DNA from: Eledone cirrhosa
Taxonomy: Eukaryota
Assembly: GCA_964016885.1 (NCBI GenBank)
Contig: OZ024741.1
Span: 260,462,001 to 260,526,000, forward strand
Direction of reading: 5' to 3'
DNA length: 64,000 nucleotides
Shown here: positions 14,801 to 26,034 of the stretch, piece after piece
Numbering within the stretch: position 1 is the first letter of the stretch
Layout of the letters: each line of letters begins with the position of its first letter
The notes under the pieces: model-generated
Databases searched by the model: none
What the model saw: the letters and a program-made list of their open reading frames with translations, nothing else
What the model was told of the DNA's origin: nothing
Translations under genes and position numbers: made by a program

Positions 14801-17800
14801 GAGTGTTCTGACTTGCGGGTGTTCTGATTTACGAGTGTTCCGACTTACGAGTGTTTCGGCTTATGAGTGTTTCGACTTACGAGTGTTTCGGCTTACGAGT
14901 GTTTCGACTTATGGGTGTTTCGACTTACGAGTGTTTTTACTTACGGTGTTTCGGCTTACGAGTGTTTCGACATACGAGTGTTTTGACTTACGGGTGTTTC
15001 GGCTTACGAGTGTTTCGACTTAAGAGTGTTTCGGATTACGAGTGTTTCGACTTACTAATGTTTTTACTTACGAGTGTTTCGGCGTACGAGAGTTTTGACT
15101 TACGAGTGTTTCGACTTACGAGTGTTTTGACTTACGAATGTTTTGACTTACGGGTGTTTCGGCTTATGAGTGTTTCGACTTACGAGTCTTTCGGCTTACG
15201 AGTGTTTCGACTTACTAATGTTTTTACTTACGAGTGTTTCGGCGTACGAGTGTTTCGACTTACGAGTGTTTTGACTTACGGGTGTTTTGACATACGAGTG
15301 TTTCGATACGAGTGTTCTGACTTACGAGTGTTCTGACTTACGAGTGTTTTGACTTACGAGTGTTCTGACTTACGAGTGTTCCGACTTACGAGTGTTCCGA
15401 CTTACGAGTGTTTCGGCTTACGAGTGTTTCCGGCTTACGAGTGTTTCGACTTCCGAGTGTTTTGACTTACGGTGTTTCGGCTTACGAGTGATTCGACTTA
15501 CGAGTGTTTTGACTTACGGGTGATTTGACTTACGGGTGTTGTGAATTACGAGTGTTCCGATTTACGAGTGTTTTGACTTACGGTGTTTCGGCTTACGAGT
15601 GATTCGACTTACGAATGTTTTGACTTACGGGTGTTTCGGCTTGCGAGTGTTTCGACTTACGAGTGTTTCGGCTTATGGGTGTTTCGACTTACTAATGTTT
15701 TTACTTACGACTGTTTCGGCGTACGAGTGTTTTGACTTACGAGTGTTTCGACTTACGAGTGTTTCGACTTACGAGTGTTTCGGCTTACGTGAGTTTCGAC
15801 TTAAGAGTGTTCTGATTTACGAGTGTTCTGACTTGCGGGTGTTCTGATTTACGAGTGTTCCGACTTACGAGTGTTTCGGCTTATTAGTGTTTCGACTTAC
15901 GAGTGTTTCGGCTTACGAGTGTTTCGACTTATGGGTGTTTCGACTTACGAGTGTTTTTACTTACGGTGTTTCGGCTTACGAGTGTTTCGACATACGAGTG
16001 TTTTGACTTACGGGTGTTTCGACTTACGAGTGTTTTGACTTACAAATGTTTTGACTTACGGGTGTTTCGGCTTACGAGTGTTTCGACTTACGAGTGTTTC
16101 GGCTTACGAGTGTTTCGACTTACTAATGTTCTTACGAGTGTTTCGGCGTACGAGAGTTTTGACTTACGAGTGTTTCGACTTACGAGTGTTTCGACTTACG
16201 AGTATTTTGACTTACGAATGTTTTGACTTACGGGTGTTTCGGCTTACGAGTGTTTCGACTTACTAATGTTTTTACTTACGAGTGTTTCGGCGTACGAGTG
16301 TTTCGACTTACGAGTGTTTCGACTAACGGGTGTTTTGACTTACGGGTGTTTCGGCTTACGAGTGTTTTGACTTACGAGTGTTTTGACTTAAGGGTGTTTC
16401 GACTTACGAGTATTTTTGGCTTACGAGTGTTTCGACTTATGAGTGTTTTGACTTACGAGTGTTCTGATTTACGGATGTTTCGACATACGAGTGTTTCGAC
16501 TTACGAGTATTTCGGCTTATGAGTGTTTCGACTTACGACTGTTTCGACTTACGAGTGTTTCGGCTTACGAGTGTTTCGACTTACGAGTGTTTAGGCTTAT
16601 GAGTGTTTCGACTTACTAATGTTTTTACTTACGAGTGTTTCGGCGTTCGAGTGTTTTGACTTACGAGTGTTTCGACTTACGAGTGTTTTGACTTACGAAT
16701 GTTTTGACTTACGGGTGTTTCGGCTTACGGGTGTTTCGACTTACGAGTGTTTCGACTTACGAGTGTTCTGACTTACGAGTGTTCTGACTTACGAGTGTTC
16801 TGACTTAAGAGTGTTCCGACTTACGAGTGTTTCGGTTTACGAGTGTTTCGACATACGAGTGTTTTGACTTATGGGTGTTTCGACTTACGGGTGTTTCGAC
16901 TTACGAGTGTTTCGGCTTACGAGAGTTTCGACTTACTAATGTTTTTACTTACGAGTGTTTCGGTGTACGAATGTTTTGACTTAAGGATGTTTCGACTTAC
17001 GAGTGTTTCGACTTACGAGTGTTTCGGCTTACGTGAGTTTCGACTTAAGAGTGTTCTGATTTACGAGTGTTCTGACTTGCGGGTGTTCTGATTTACGAGT
17101 GTTCCGACTTACGAGTGTTTCGGCTTATGAGTGTTTCGACTTACGAGTGTTTCGGCTTACGAGTGTTTCGACTTATGGGTGTTTCGACTTACGAGTGTTT
17201 TTACTTACGGTGTTTCGGCTTACGAGTGTTTCGACATACGAGTGTTTTGACTTACGGGTGTTTCGGCTTACGAGTGTTTCGACTTAAGAGTGTTTCGGAT
17301 TACGAGTGTTTCGACTTACTAATGTTTTTACTTAGGAGTGTTTCGGCGTACGAGAGTTTTGACTTACGAGTGTTTCGACTTACGAGTGTTTTGACTTACG
17401 AATGTTTTGACTTACGGGTGTTTCGGCTTATGAGTGTTTCGACTTACGAGTCTTTCGGCTTACGAGTGTTTCGACTTACTAATGTTTTTACTTACGAGTG
17501 TTTCGGCGTACGAGTGTTTCGACTTACGAGTGTTTTGACTTACGGGTGTTTTGACATACGAGTGTTTCGATACGAGTGTTCTGACTTACGAGTGTTCTGA
17601 CTTACGAGTGTTTTGACTTACGAGTGTTCTGACTTACGAGTGTTCCGACTTACGAGTGTTCCGACTTACGAGTGTTTCGGCTTACGAGTGTTTCCGGCTT
17701 ACGAGTGTTTCGACTTCCGAGTGTTTTGACTTACGGTGTTTCGGCTTACGAGTGATTCGACTTACGAGTGTTTTGACTTACGGGTGATTTGACTTACGGG

Positions 17801-18800
17801 TGTTGTGAATTACGAGTGTTCCGATTTATGAGTGTTTTGACTTACGGTGTTTCGGCTTACGAGTGATTCGACTTACGAATGTTTTGACTTACGGGTGTTT
17901 CGGCTTGCGAGTGTTTCGACTTACGAGTGTTTCGGCTTATGGGTGTTTCGACTTACTAATGTTTTTACTTACGACTGTTTCGGCGTACGAGTGTTTTGAC
18001 TTACGAGTGTTTCGACTTACGAGTGTTTCGACTTACGAGTGTTTCGGCTTACGTGAGTTTAGACTTAAGAGTGTTCTGATTTACGAGTGTTCTGACTTGC
18101 GGGTGTTCTGATTTACGAGTGTTCCGACTTACGAGTGTTTCGGCTTATTAGTGTTTCGACTTACGAGTGTTTCGGCTTACGAGTGTTTCGACTTATGGGT
18201 GTTTCGACTTACGAGTGTTTTTACTTACGGTGTTTCGGCTTACGAGTGTTTCGACATACGAGTGTTTTGACTTACGGGTGTTTCGACTTACGAGTGTTTT
18301 GACTTACAAATGTTTTGACTTACGGGTGTTTCGGCTTACGAGTGTTTCGACTTACGAGTGTTTCGGCTTACGAGTGTTTCGACTTACTAATGTTCTTACG
18401 AGTGTTTCGGCGTACGAGAGTTTTGACTTACGAGTGTTTCGACTTACGAGTGTTTTGACTTACGAATGTTTTGACTTACGGGTGTTTCGGCTTATGAGTG
18501 TTTCGACTTACGAGTCTTTCGGCTTACGAGTGTTTCGACTTACTAATGTTTTTACTTACGAGTGTTTCGGCGTACGAGTGTTTCGACTTACGAGTGATTC
18601 GACTTACGGGTGTTTTGACTTACGGGTGTTTCGGCTTACGAGTGTTTCGAATTACGAGTGTTTTGACTTAAGGGTGTTTCGACTTACGAGTATTTTTGGC
18701 TTACGAGTGTTTCGACTTACGAGTGTTTCGACTCACGAGTGTTTCGGCTTACGATTGTTTCGACTTACGAGTGTTTCGGTTTACGAGTGTTTCGACTTAC
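5900..18800 (+). repeat. Mosaic of overlapping satellite HOR duplications (offsets ~4449-4481, 2661, 2404, 2264 bp), no spacers
   Basis: ORF landmarks recur at 6053/10534/13195/15599/17863, 7156/11605/14009 and 12431/14835/17099. Boundaries approximate. Confidence 0.85.
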
Positions 18801-21760
18801 GGGTGTTTTGACATACGATTGTTTGGGCTTACGAATATTTCGACTTACGAGTGTTTCGACTTACGAGTGTTTTGACTTATGGTGTTTCGGCTTACGAGTG
18901 TTTTGACTTACGAGTGTTTTGACTTACGGGTGTTTTGACATACGATTGTTTCGATACGAGTGTTCTGACTTACGAGTGTTCTGACTTACGAGTGGTCTGA
19001 CTTACGGGTGTTCTGACTTACGAGTGTTCCGACTTACGAGTGTTTCGACTTACGAATGTTTTGGCTTACGAGTGTTTCGGCTTACGAGTGTTTCGGCTTA
19101 TGAGTGTTTCGACTTACGAGTGTTTTGACTTATGGTGTTTCGGCTTACGAGTGTTTCTACATACGAGTGTTTTGACTTACGGGTGTTTCGACTTACGGGT
19201 GTTTCGACGTAAGATTGCTCTGACTTACGAGTGTTCTGACTTACGAGTCTTCTGACTTACGAGTGTTCTGACTTACGGGTGTTCTGACTTACGTGTGTTC
19301 CGATTTACGAGTGTTTCGGTTATGTGTGTTTCGACTTACGAGTGTTTCGACTTACGAATGTTTTGGCTTACGAGTGTTTCGGCTTACGAATGTTTCGACT
19401 TACGAATGTTTTGGCTTACGAGTGTTTCGGCTTACGGGTGTTTCGACTTACGAGTGTTTTGACTTACGAGTGTTTTGACTTACGGTGTTTCGGCTTACGA
19501 TTTATTCGACATACGAGTGTTTCGACTTACGGGTGTTTCGACTTACGGGTGTTTCGACTTACGAGTGTTTCGACTTATGAGTGTTTCGACTTACGAGTGT
19601 TCTGACTTACGAGTGTTCTGACTTACGAGTGTTCCGACTTACGAGTGTTTCGGTTTACGAGTGATTCGACATACGAGTGTTTTGACTTACGGGTGTTTCG
19701 ACTTACGGGTGTTTCGACTTACGAATGTTTCGGCTTACGAGTGTTTCGACTTACTAATGTTTTTACTTACGAGTGTTTCGGTGTACGAGTGTTTCGACTT
19801 AAGGATGTTTCGACTTACGAGTGTTTCGACTTACGTGTGTTTCGGCTTACGTGAGTTTCGACTTAAGAGTGTTCTGATTTACGAGTGTTCCGACTTACGA
19901 GTGTTTCGGCTTATGAGTGTTTCGACTTACGAGTGTTTCGGCTTACGAGTGTTTCGACTTATGGGTGTTTCGACTTACGAGTGTTTTTACTTATGGTGTT
20001 TCGGCTTACGAGTGTTTCGACATACGAGTGTTCAGACTTACGAGTGTTCCGACTTACGAGCGTTCCGACTTACGAGTGTTTCGACTTACGAGTGTTAAGA
20101 CTTACGGGTGTTTTGACATACGAGTGTTTCGATACGAGTGTTTCGACTTACGAGTGTTACGAGTGTTCTGACTTATGAGTGTTCTGACTTACGAGTGTTC
20201 TGACTTACGAGTGTTCTGACTTACGAGTGTTCTGACTTACGAGTGTTCTGACTTACGAGTGTTTCGGCTTACGAGTGTTCCGACTTACGAGTGTTTCGGC
20301 TTACGAGTGTTTCGACTTACGAGTGTTCTGACTTACGAGTGTTCCGACTTACGAGCGTTCCGACTTACGAGTGTTTCGGCTTACAAGTCTTCCGACTTAC
20401 GAGTGTTTCGACTTACGAGTGTTTTGACTTACGGTGTTTCTGCTTACGAGTGTTTCGACTTACGAGTGTTAAGACTTACGGGTGTTTTGACATACGAGTG
20501 TTTCGATACGAGTGTTTCGACTTACGAGTGTTACGAGTGTTCTGCCTTACGAGTGTTTCGACTTACGATTGTTTTTTTCCCTTACGGGTGTTTCGACTTA
20601 CGCGTGTTTCGATTTACGAGTGTTTAGACTTACGAGTGTTTCGACTACGAATGTTCCGACTTACGAGTGTTTCGACTTACGAGTGTTTCGACTTACGGGT
20701 GTTCCGACTTACGAGTGTTTCGGCTTACGATTGTTTCAACTTACGAGTGTTTCGGTTTACGAGTGTTTCGACTTACGGGTGTTTTGGCTTACGATTGTTT
20801 GGGCTTACGAATGTTTCGACTTACGAGTGTTTTGACTTATGGTGTTTCGGCTTACGAGTGTTTTGACTTACGAGTGTTTTGACTTACGGGTGTTTTGACA
20901 TACGAGTGTTTCGATACGAGTGTTCTGACTTACGAGTGGTCTGACTTATGGGTGTTCTGACTTACGAGTGTTCCGACTTACGAGTGTTTCAGCTTATGAA
21001 TGTTTCGACTTACGAGTGCTTCGGATTACGAGTGTTTCGACTTACGAGTGTTTCGGCTTACGAGTGTTTCGACTTACGAATGTTTTGGCTTACGAGTGTT
21101 TCGGCTTACGAGTGTTTCGGCTTATGAGTGTTTCGACTTACGAGTGTTTTGACTTATGGTGTTTCGGCTTACGAGTATTTCGACATACGAGTGTTTTGAC
21201 TTACGGGTGTTTCGACTTACGGGTGTTTCGACGTAAGAGTGTTTCGACTTACGAGCGCTTCGACTTACGAGTGTTTCGACTTACGAGTGTTTCGGCGTAC
21301 GAGTGTTTTGACTTATGAGTGTTTCGACTTACGAGTGCTTTGACTTACGAATGTTTTGAATTACTTCGACTTACGAGTGATCTGACTTACGAGTGTTCCT
21401 ACTTACGAGTGTTTCGACTTACGAGTGTTTCGACTTGCGAGTGTTTCGACTTAAGAGTGTTTCGACTTACGAGTGTTCTGACTTACGAGTGTTCTGACTT
21501 ACGAGTGTTCTGACTTACGAGTGTTCCGACTTACGAGTGTTTCGACTTACGAGTGTTTTGACTTACGAATGTTCTGACTTACGGGTGTTTCGTCTTACGA
21601 GTGTTTCGACTTACGAGTGTTTTAACTTACGGGTGTTTCGACTTACGCGTGTTTCGACTTACGAGTGTTTCGACTTACGAGTGTTTCGACTTACGAATGT
21701 TCCGACTTACGAGTGTTTCTACTTACGAGTGTTTCGGCTTACGAGTGTTTCGACTTACGA

Positions 21761-21830
21761 AAATAACAAATAGACGCGGTTTCAAATATCTATGCTTTTC
21801 AAATTCATTACATTAATCTTTATTTATACG
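21761..21830. other. ~70-bp AT-rich spacer, copy 3
   Basis: Variant AAATATCTATGCTTTT, shared with copy 4. Confidence 0.93.
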
Positions 21831-22477
21831 TTTCGCTTTACGAGTGTTTCGACGTACGAGTGTTTCGACTTACGAGTGTTTTAACTTACGGTTGTTTCGA
21901 CTTACGCGTTTTTAGACTACGAATGTTCCGACTTACGAGTGTTTCGACTTACGAGTGTTTCGACTTACGAGTGCTTTGACTTACGAATGTTTTGACTTAC
22001 TTCGACTTACGAGTGATCTGACTTACGAGTGTTCCTACTTACGAGTGTTTCGACTTACGAGTGTTTCGACTTGCGAGTGTTTCGACTTACGAGTGTTTCG
22101 GCTTACGAGTGTTTCGGTGTTTCGGCTTACCTGTGTTTCGACTTACGAGTGTTTCGACTTACGAGTGTTTCGGCTTATGAGTGTTTCGACTTACGAGTGC
22201 TTCGGCTTACAAGTGTTTCGACTTACGAGTATTTCGGCTTACGAGTGTTTCGACGTACGAATGTTTTGGCTTACGAGTGTTTCGGCTTATAAGTTTTTCG
22301 ACTTACGAGTGTTTCGACTTACGAGTGTTTCGGCTTACGAGTGTTTCGACTTACGAGTGTTTCGGCTTACGAGTGTTTCAGTGTTTCGGCTTACGTGTGT
22401 TTCGACTTACGAGTGTTTCGACTTACGACTGTTTCGGCTTACGAGTGTTTCGGCTTACGAGTGTTTCGGCTTATATA

Positions 22478-22556
22478 TAAACGTTTCTATTTCCATCGTT
22501 TTATCGTAAACGTTTATATATTTCCATCGTTATATCATAACGTTTATATTTCCGTC
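22478..22556 (+). repeat. ~30-bp imperfect tandem repeat (about 2.6 copies) at the cassette left end
   Basis: TAAACGTTTCTATTTCCATCGTTTTATCG / TAAACGTTTATATATTTCCATCGTTATATCA / TAACGTTTATATTTCCGTC, present in all 10 cassettes. Confidence 0.85.
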
Positions 22557-22733
22557 ACTAATCTCTTTTTCTCCTTTTCCGTTTTAATATATATTTATTT
22601 CAAATATTTCACCGTATAGATAACATATATATTTATACATGCATAAAAGACACATCGAGAGACGGTGAAAATGTGGTGCCAAAAACATTTCTCATCCAAA
22701 TCTCAACAATATCAGTATATACACTAGATTTGC

Positions 22734-22768
22734 TAGCAGAAAACCGCCCACCGGGTGGTTTTCTGCTA
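22734..22768. other. Inverted repeat / hairpin, 16-bp stem (one G-T pair) with 3-nt loop; Helitron 3'-end-like
   Basis: TAGCAGAAAACCGCCC-ACC-GGGTGGTTTTCTGCTA. CTAG at 22733-22736 and CTAT at 22766-22769. Conserved in all 10 cassettes. Confidence 0.9.
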
Positions 22769-22784
22769 TTCTATATATATAAAA

Positions 22785-23256
22785 CTGAGGATGTCTGTCT
22801 GTGTGTGAGTTTGAATCCCTAAAACTCGAGAACCACCCAACCGACTGTTTTCAAACTTTACACATGTAATAATTATGTTTCAGGGAGTGTTCTGAGCAAA
22901 GAATATTTCAAATTTTCAATGCCGTAGGGACCACATTAGGCGATTTAGCGATCTCTCTCTATAATTCTTAGTCTTTCTCTTTTTAGATAGAATTTTCAAT
23001 GTCGTAGGGACCACATTAGGCGATTTAGCGATCTCTCTCTATAATTCTTAGTCTTTCTCTTTTTAGATAGATACATACATATGACGTCGTGCCCTTATAA
23101 TATCTGTCTGTATGTCTGGCTGTCTGCATTACGTCACTTCCCTGAGGATGTCTGTGTGTGTGTGTGTCTGTGAGTTTGAATCCTTAAAATGCGAGAAGTA
23201 CCCAACCGATTTTTTTCAAACTTTACATGTGTATTACTTATGTTTCAGGGAGTGTT
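22785..23256 (+). repeat. Diverged ~110-bp direct repeat pair inside the cassette (22785-22891 and 23142-23256)
   Basis: Both copies read CTGAGGATGTCTGT...TGTGAGTTTGAATCC..AAAA..CGAGAA..ACCCAACCGA...TTCAAACTTTACA...TTATGTTTCAGGGAGTGTT, with many substitutions. Confidence 0.9.
22911..23070 (+). repeat. 80-bp tandem duplication inside the cassette (one mismatch)
   Basis: 22911-22990 and 22991-23070: AATTTTCAATG(C/T)CGTAGGGACCACATTAGGCG...TTTTAGATAG. Confidence 0.95.
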
Positions 23257-24506
23257 TGTTATGCACATAAAATTCAACCTTTTGATCTGGTGTTTTGACT
23301 TACGAGTGTTTCGATACGAGTGTTTCGACTTACGAGTGTTCTGACTTACGAGTGTTTTGACTTACGAGTGTTCTGATTTACGGAAGTTTCGACATACGAG
23401 TGTTTCGATTACGAGTGTTTCGACTTATGAGTGTTTCGACTTACGAGTGTTTCGGCTTATGAGTGTTTCGACTTACGAGTGCTTCGGCTTACGAGTGTTT
23501 CGACTTACGAGTATTTCGGCTTACGAGTGTTTCGACGTACGAATGTTTTGGCTTACGAGTGTTTCGGCTTATGAGTGTTTCGGCTTACGAGTGTTTCGAC
23601 TTACGAGTGTTTCGGCTTACGAGTGTTTCAGTGTTTCGGCTTACGTGTGTTTCGACTTACGAGTGTTTCGACTTACGACTGTTTCGGCTTACTAGTGTAT
23701 CGGCTTACGAGTGTTTCGGCTTACGAGTGTTTTGACTTACGAGTGTTTTGACTTACGATTGTTTGGCTTACGAGTGTTCTGACTTACGGGTGTTCTGACT
23801 TACGAGTGTTCCGACTTACGAGTGTTTCGGCTTATGAGGGTTTCGACTTACGAGTGCTTCGGCTTACGAGTGTTTCGACTTACGAGTGTTTCGACTTACG
23901 AGTGTTTTGACTAACGGAATTTCCGCTTACGAGTGTTTCGAATTACGAGTGTTTTGACGTACGGGTGTTTCGACTTACGGGTCTTTCGACTTGCGAGTGT
24001 TTCGGCTTGCGAGTGTTTCGGCTTATGAGGGTTTCGACTTACGAGTGCTTCGGCTTACGAGTGTTCTGACTTACGGGTGTTCTGACTTACGAGTGTTCCG
24101 ACTTACGAGTGTTTCGGCTTATGAGGGTTTCGACTTACGAGTGCTTCTGCTTACGAGTGTTTCGACTTACGAGTGTTATGACTTACGGGTGTTTTGACAT
24201 ACGAGTGTTTCGACTTACGAGTGTTTTGACTTACGGGTGTTTTGACATACGAGTGTTTCGATACGAGTGTTCTGACTTACGAGTGTTCTGACTTACGAGT
24301 GTTCTGACTTACGAGTGTTTCGACATACGAGTGTTTTGACTTACGGGTGTTTCGACTTACGAGTGTTTTGACTTACGAATGTTTTGACTTACGCGTGTTT
24401 CGACTTACGAGTGTTTCGACTTACGAGTGTTTCGACTTACGAATGTTCCGACTTACGAGTGTTTCTACTTACGAGTGTTTCGGCTTACGAGTGTTTCGAC
24501 TTACGA

Positions 24507-24576
24507 AAATAACAAATAGACGCGGTTTCAAATATCTATGCTTTTCAAATTCATTACATTAATCTTTATTTATACG
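24507..24576. other. ~70-bp AT-rich spacer, copy 4
   Basis: Same as copy 3, offset 2746. Confidence 0.93.
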
Positions 24577-25219
24577 TTTCGCTTTACGAGTGTTTCGACG
24601 TACGAGTGTTTCGACTTACGAGTGTTTTAACTTACGGTTGTTTCGACTTACGCGTTTTTAGACTACGAATGTTCCGACTTACGAGTGTTTCGACTTACGA
24701 GTGTTTCGACTTACGAGTGCTTTGACTTACGAATGTTTTGACTTACTTCGACTTACGAGTGATCTGACTTACGAGTGTTCCTACTTACGAGTGTTTCGAC
24801 TTACGAGTGTTTCGACTTGCGAGTGTTTCGACTTACGAGTGTTTCGGCTTACGAGTGTTTCGGTGTTTCGGCTTACCTGTGTTTCGACTTACGAGTGTTT
24901 CGACTTACGAGTGTTTCGGCTTATGAGTGTTTCGACTTACGAGTGCTTCGGCTTACGAGTGTTTCGACTTACGAGTATTTCGGCTTACGAGTGTTTCGAC
25001 GTACGAATGTTTTGGCTTACGAGTGTTTCGGCTTATAAGTTTTTCGACTTACGAGTGTTTCGACTTACGAGTGTTTCGGCTTACGAGTGTTTCGACTTAC
25101 GAGTGTTTCGGCTTACGAGTGTTTCAGTGTTTCGGCTTACGTGTGTTTCGACTTACGAGTGTTTCGACTTACGACTGTTTCGGCTTACGAGTGTTTCGGC
25201 TTACGAGTGTTTCGGCTTA

Positions 25220-26034
25220 TATATAAACGTTTCTATTTCCATCGTTTTATCGTAAACGTTTATATATTTCCATCGTTATATCATAACGTTTATATTTCCG
25301 TCACTAATCTCTTTTTCTCCTTTTCCGTTTTAATATATATTTATTTCAAATATTTCACCGTATAGATAACATATATATTTATACATGCATAAAAGACACA
25401 CCGAGAGACGGTGAAAATGTGGTGCCAAAAACATTTCTCATCCAAATCTCAACAATATCAGTATATACACTAGATTTGCTAGCAGAAAACCGCCCACCGG
25501 GTGGTTTTCTGCTATTCTATATATATAAAACTGAGGATGTCTGTCTGTGTGTGAGTTTGAATCCCTAAAACTCGAGAACCACCCAACCGACTGTTTTCAA
25601 ACTTTACACATGTAATAATTATGTTTCAGGGAGTGTTCTGAGCAAAGAATATTTCAAATTTTCAATGCCGTAGGGACCACATTAGGCGATTTAGCGATCT
25701 CTCTCTATAATTCTTAGTCTTTCTCTTTTTAGATAGAATTTTCAATGTCGTAGGGACCACATTAGGCGATTTAGCGATCTCTCTCTATAATTCTTAGTCT
25801 TTCTCTTTTTAGATAGATACATACATATGACGTCGTGCCCTTATAATATCTGTCTGTATGTCTGGCTGTCTGCATTACGTCACTTCCCTGAGGATGTCTG
25901 TGTGTGTGTGTGTCTGTGAGTTTGAATCCTTAAAATGCGAGAAGTACCCAACCGATTTTTTTCAAACTTTACATGTGTATTACTTATGTTTCAGGGAGTG
26001 TTTGTTATGCACATAAAATTCAACCTTTTGATCT
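25220..26034 (+). mobile_element. 815-bp Helitron-like cassette, copy 2
   Basis: Near-identical to 22474-23288 (CACACCGAG versus CACATCGAG). Confidence 0.6.

Larger units (their letters stand above)
22474..23288 (+). mobile_element. 815-bp non-satellite cassette, copy 1, with putative non-autonomous Helitron-like termini
   Basis: AT-rich part, hairpin 22734-22768, then TCTATATATATAAAA at 22770, (TCTG)/(TG) microsatellites and internal direct repeats. No transposase or RepHel ORF. Cassette is seen directly; the Helitron label is inferred from terminal motifs. Confidence 0.6.

Noticed and set aside
22341-22619. ORFs running into AT-rich cassette DNA with hydrophobic tails (IYKRFYFHRFIV..., MIFKFITLIFIY...)
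   Set aside because: Read-through from satellite into T-rich non-coding DNA explains the hydrophobicity. There is no sign of a real membrane protein.
22607-22670. 9-bp inverted repeat TTTCACCGT ... ACGGTGAAA as MITE termini
   Set aside because: It is too short, has no evident TSD, and could arise by chance.
22734-22768. Rho-independent terminator
   Set aside because: There is no upstream gene and the context is eukaryotic satellite. The hairpin fits a transposon terminus better.
22474-23288. LTR, SINE or autonomous transposon
   Set aside because: There are no TG...CA ends, Pol III A/B boxes, poly(A) tail, TSD or coding capacity.
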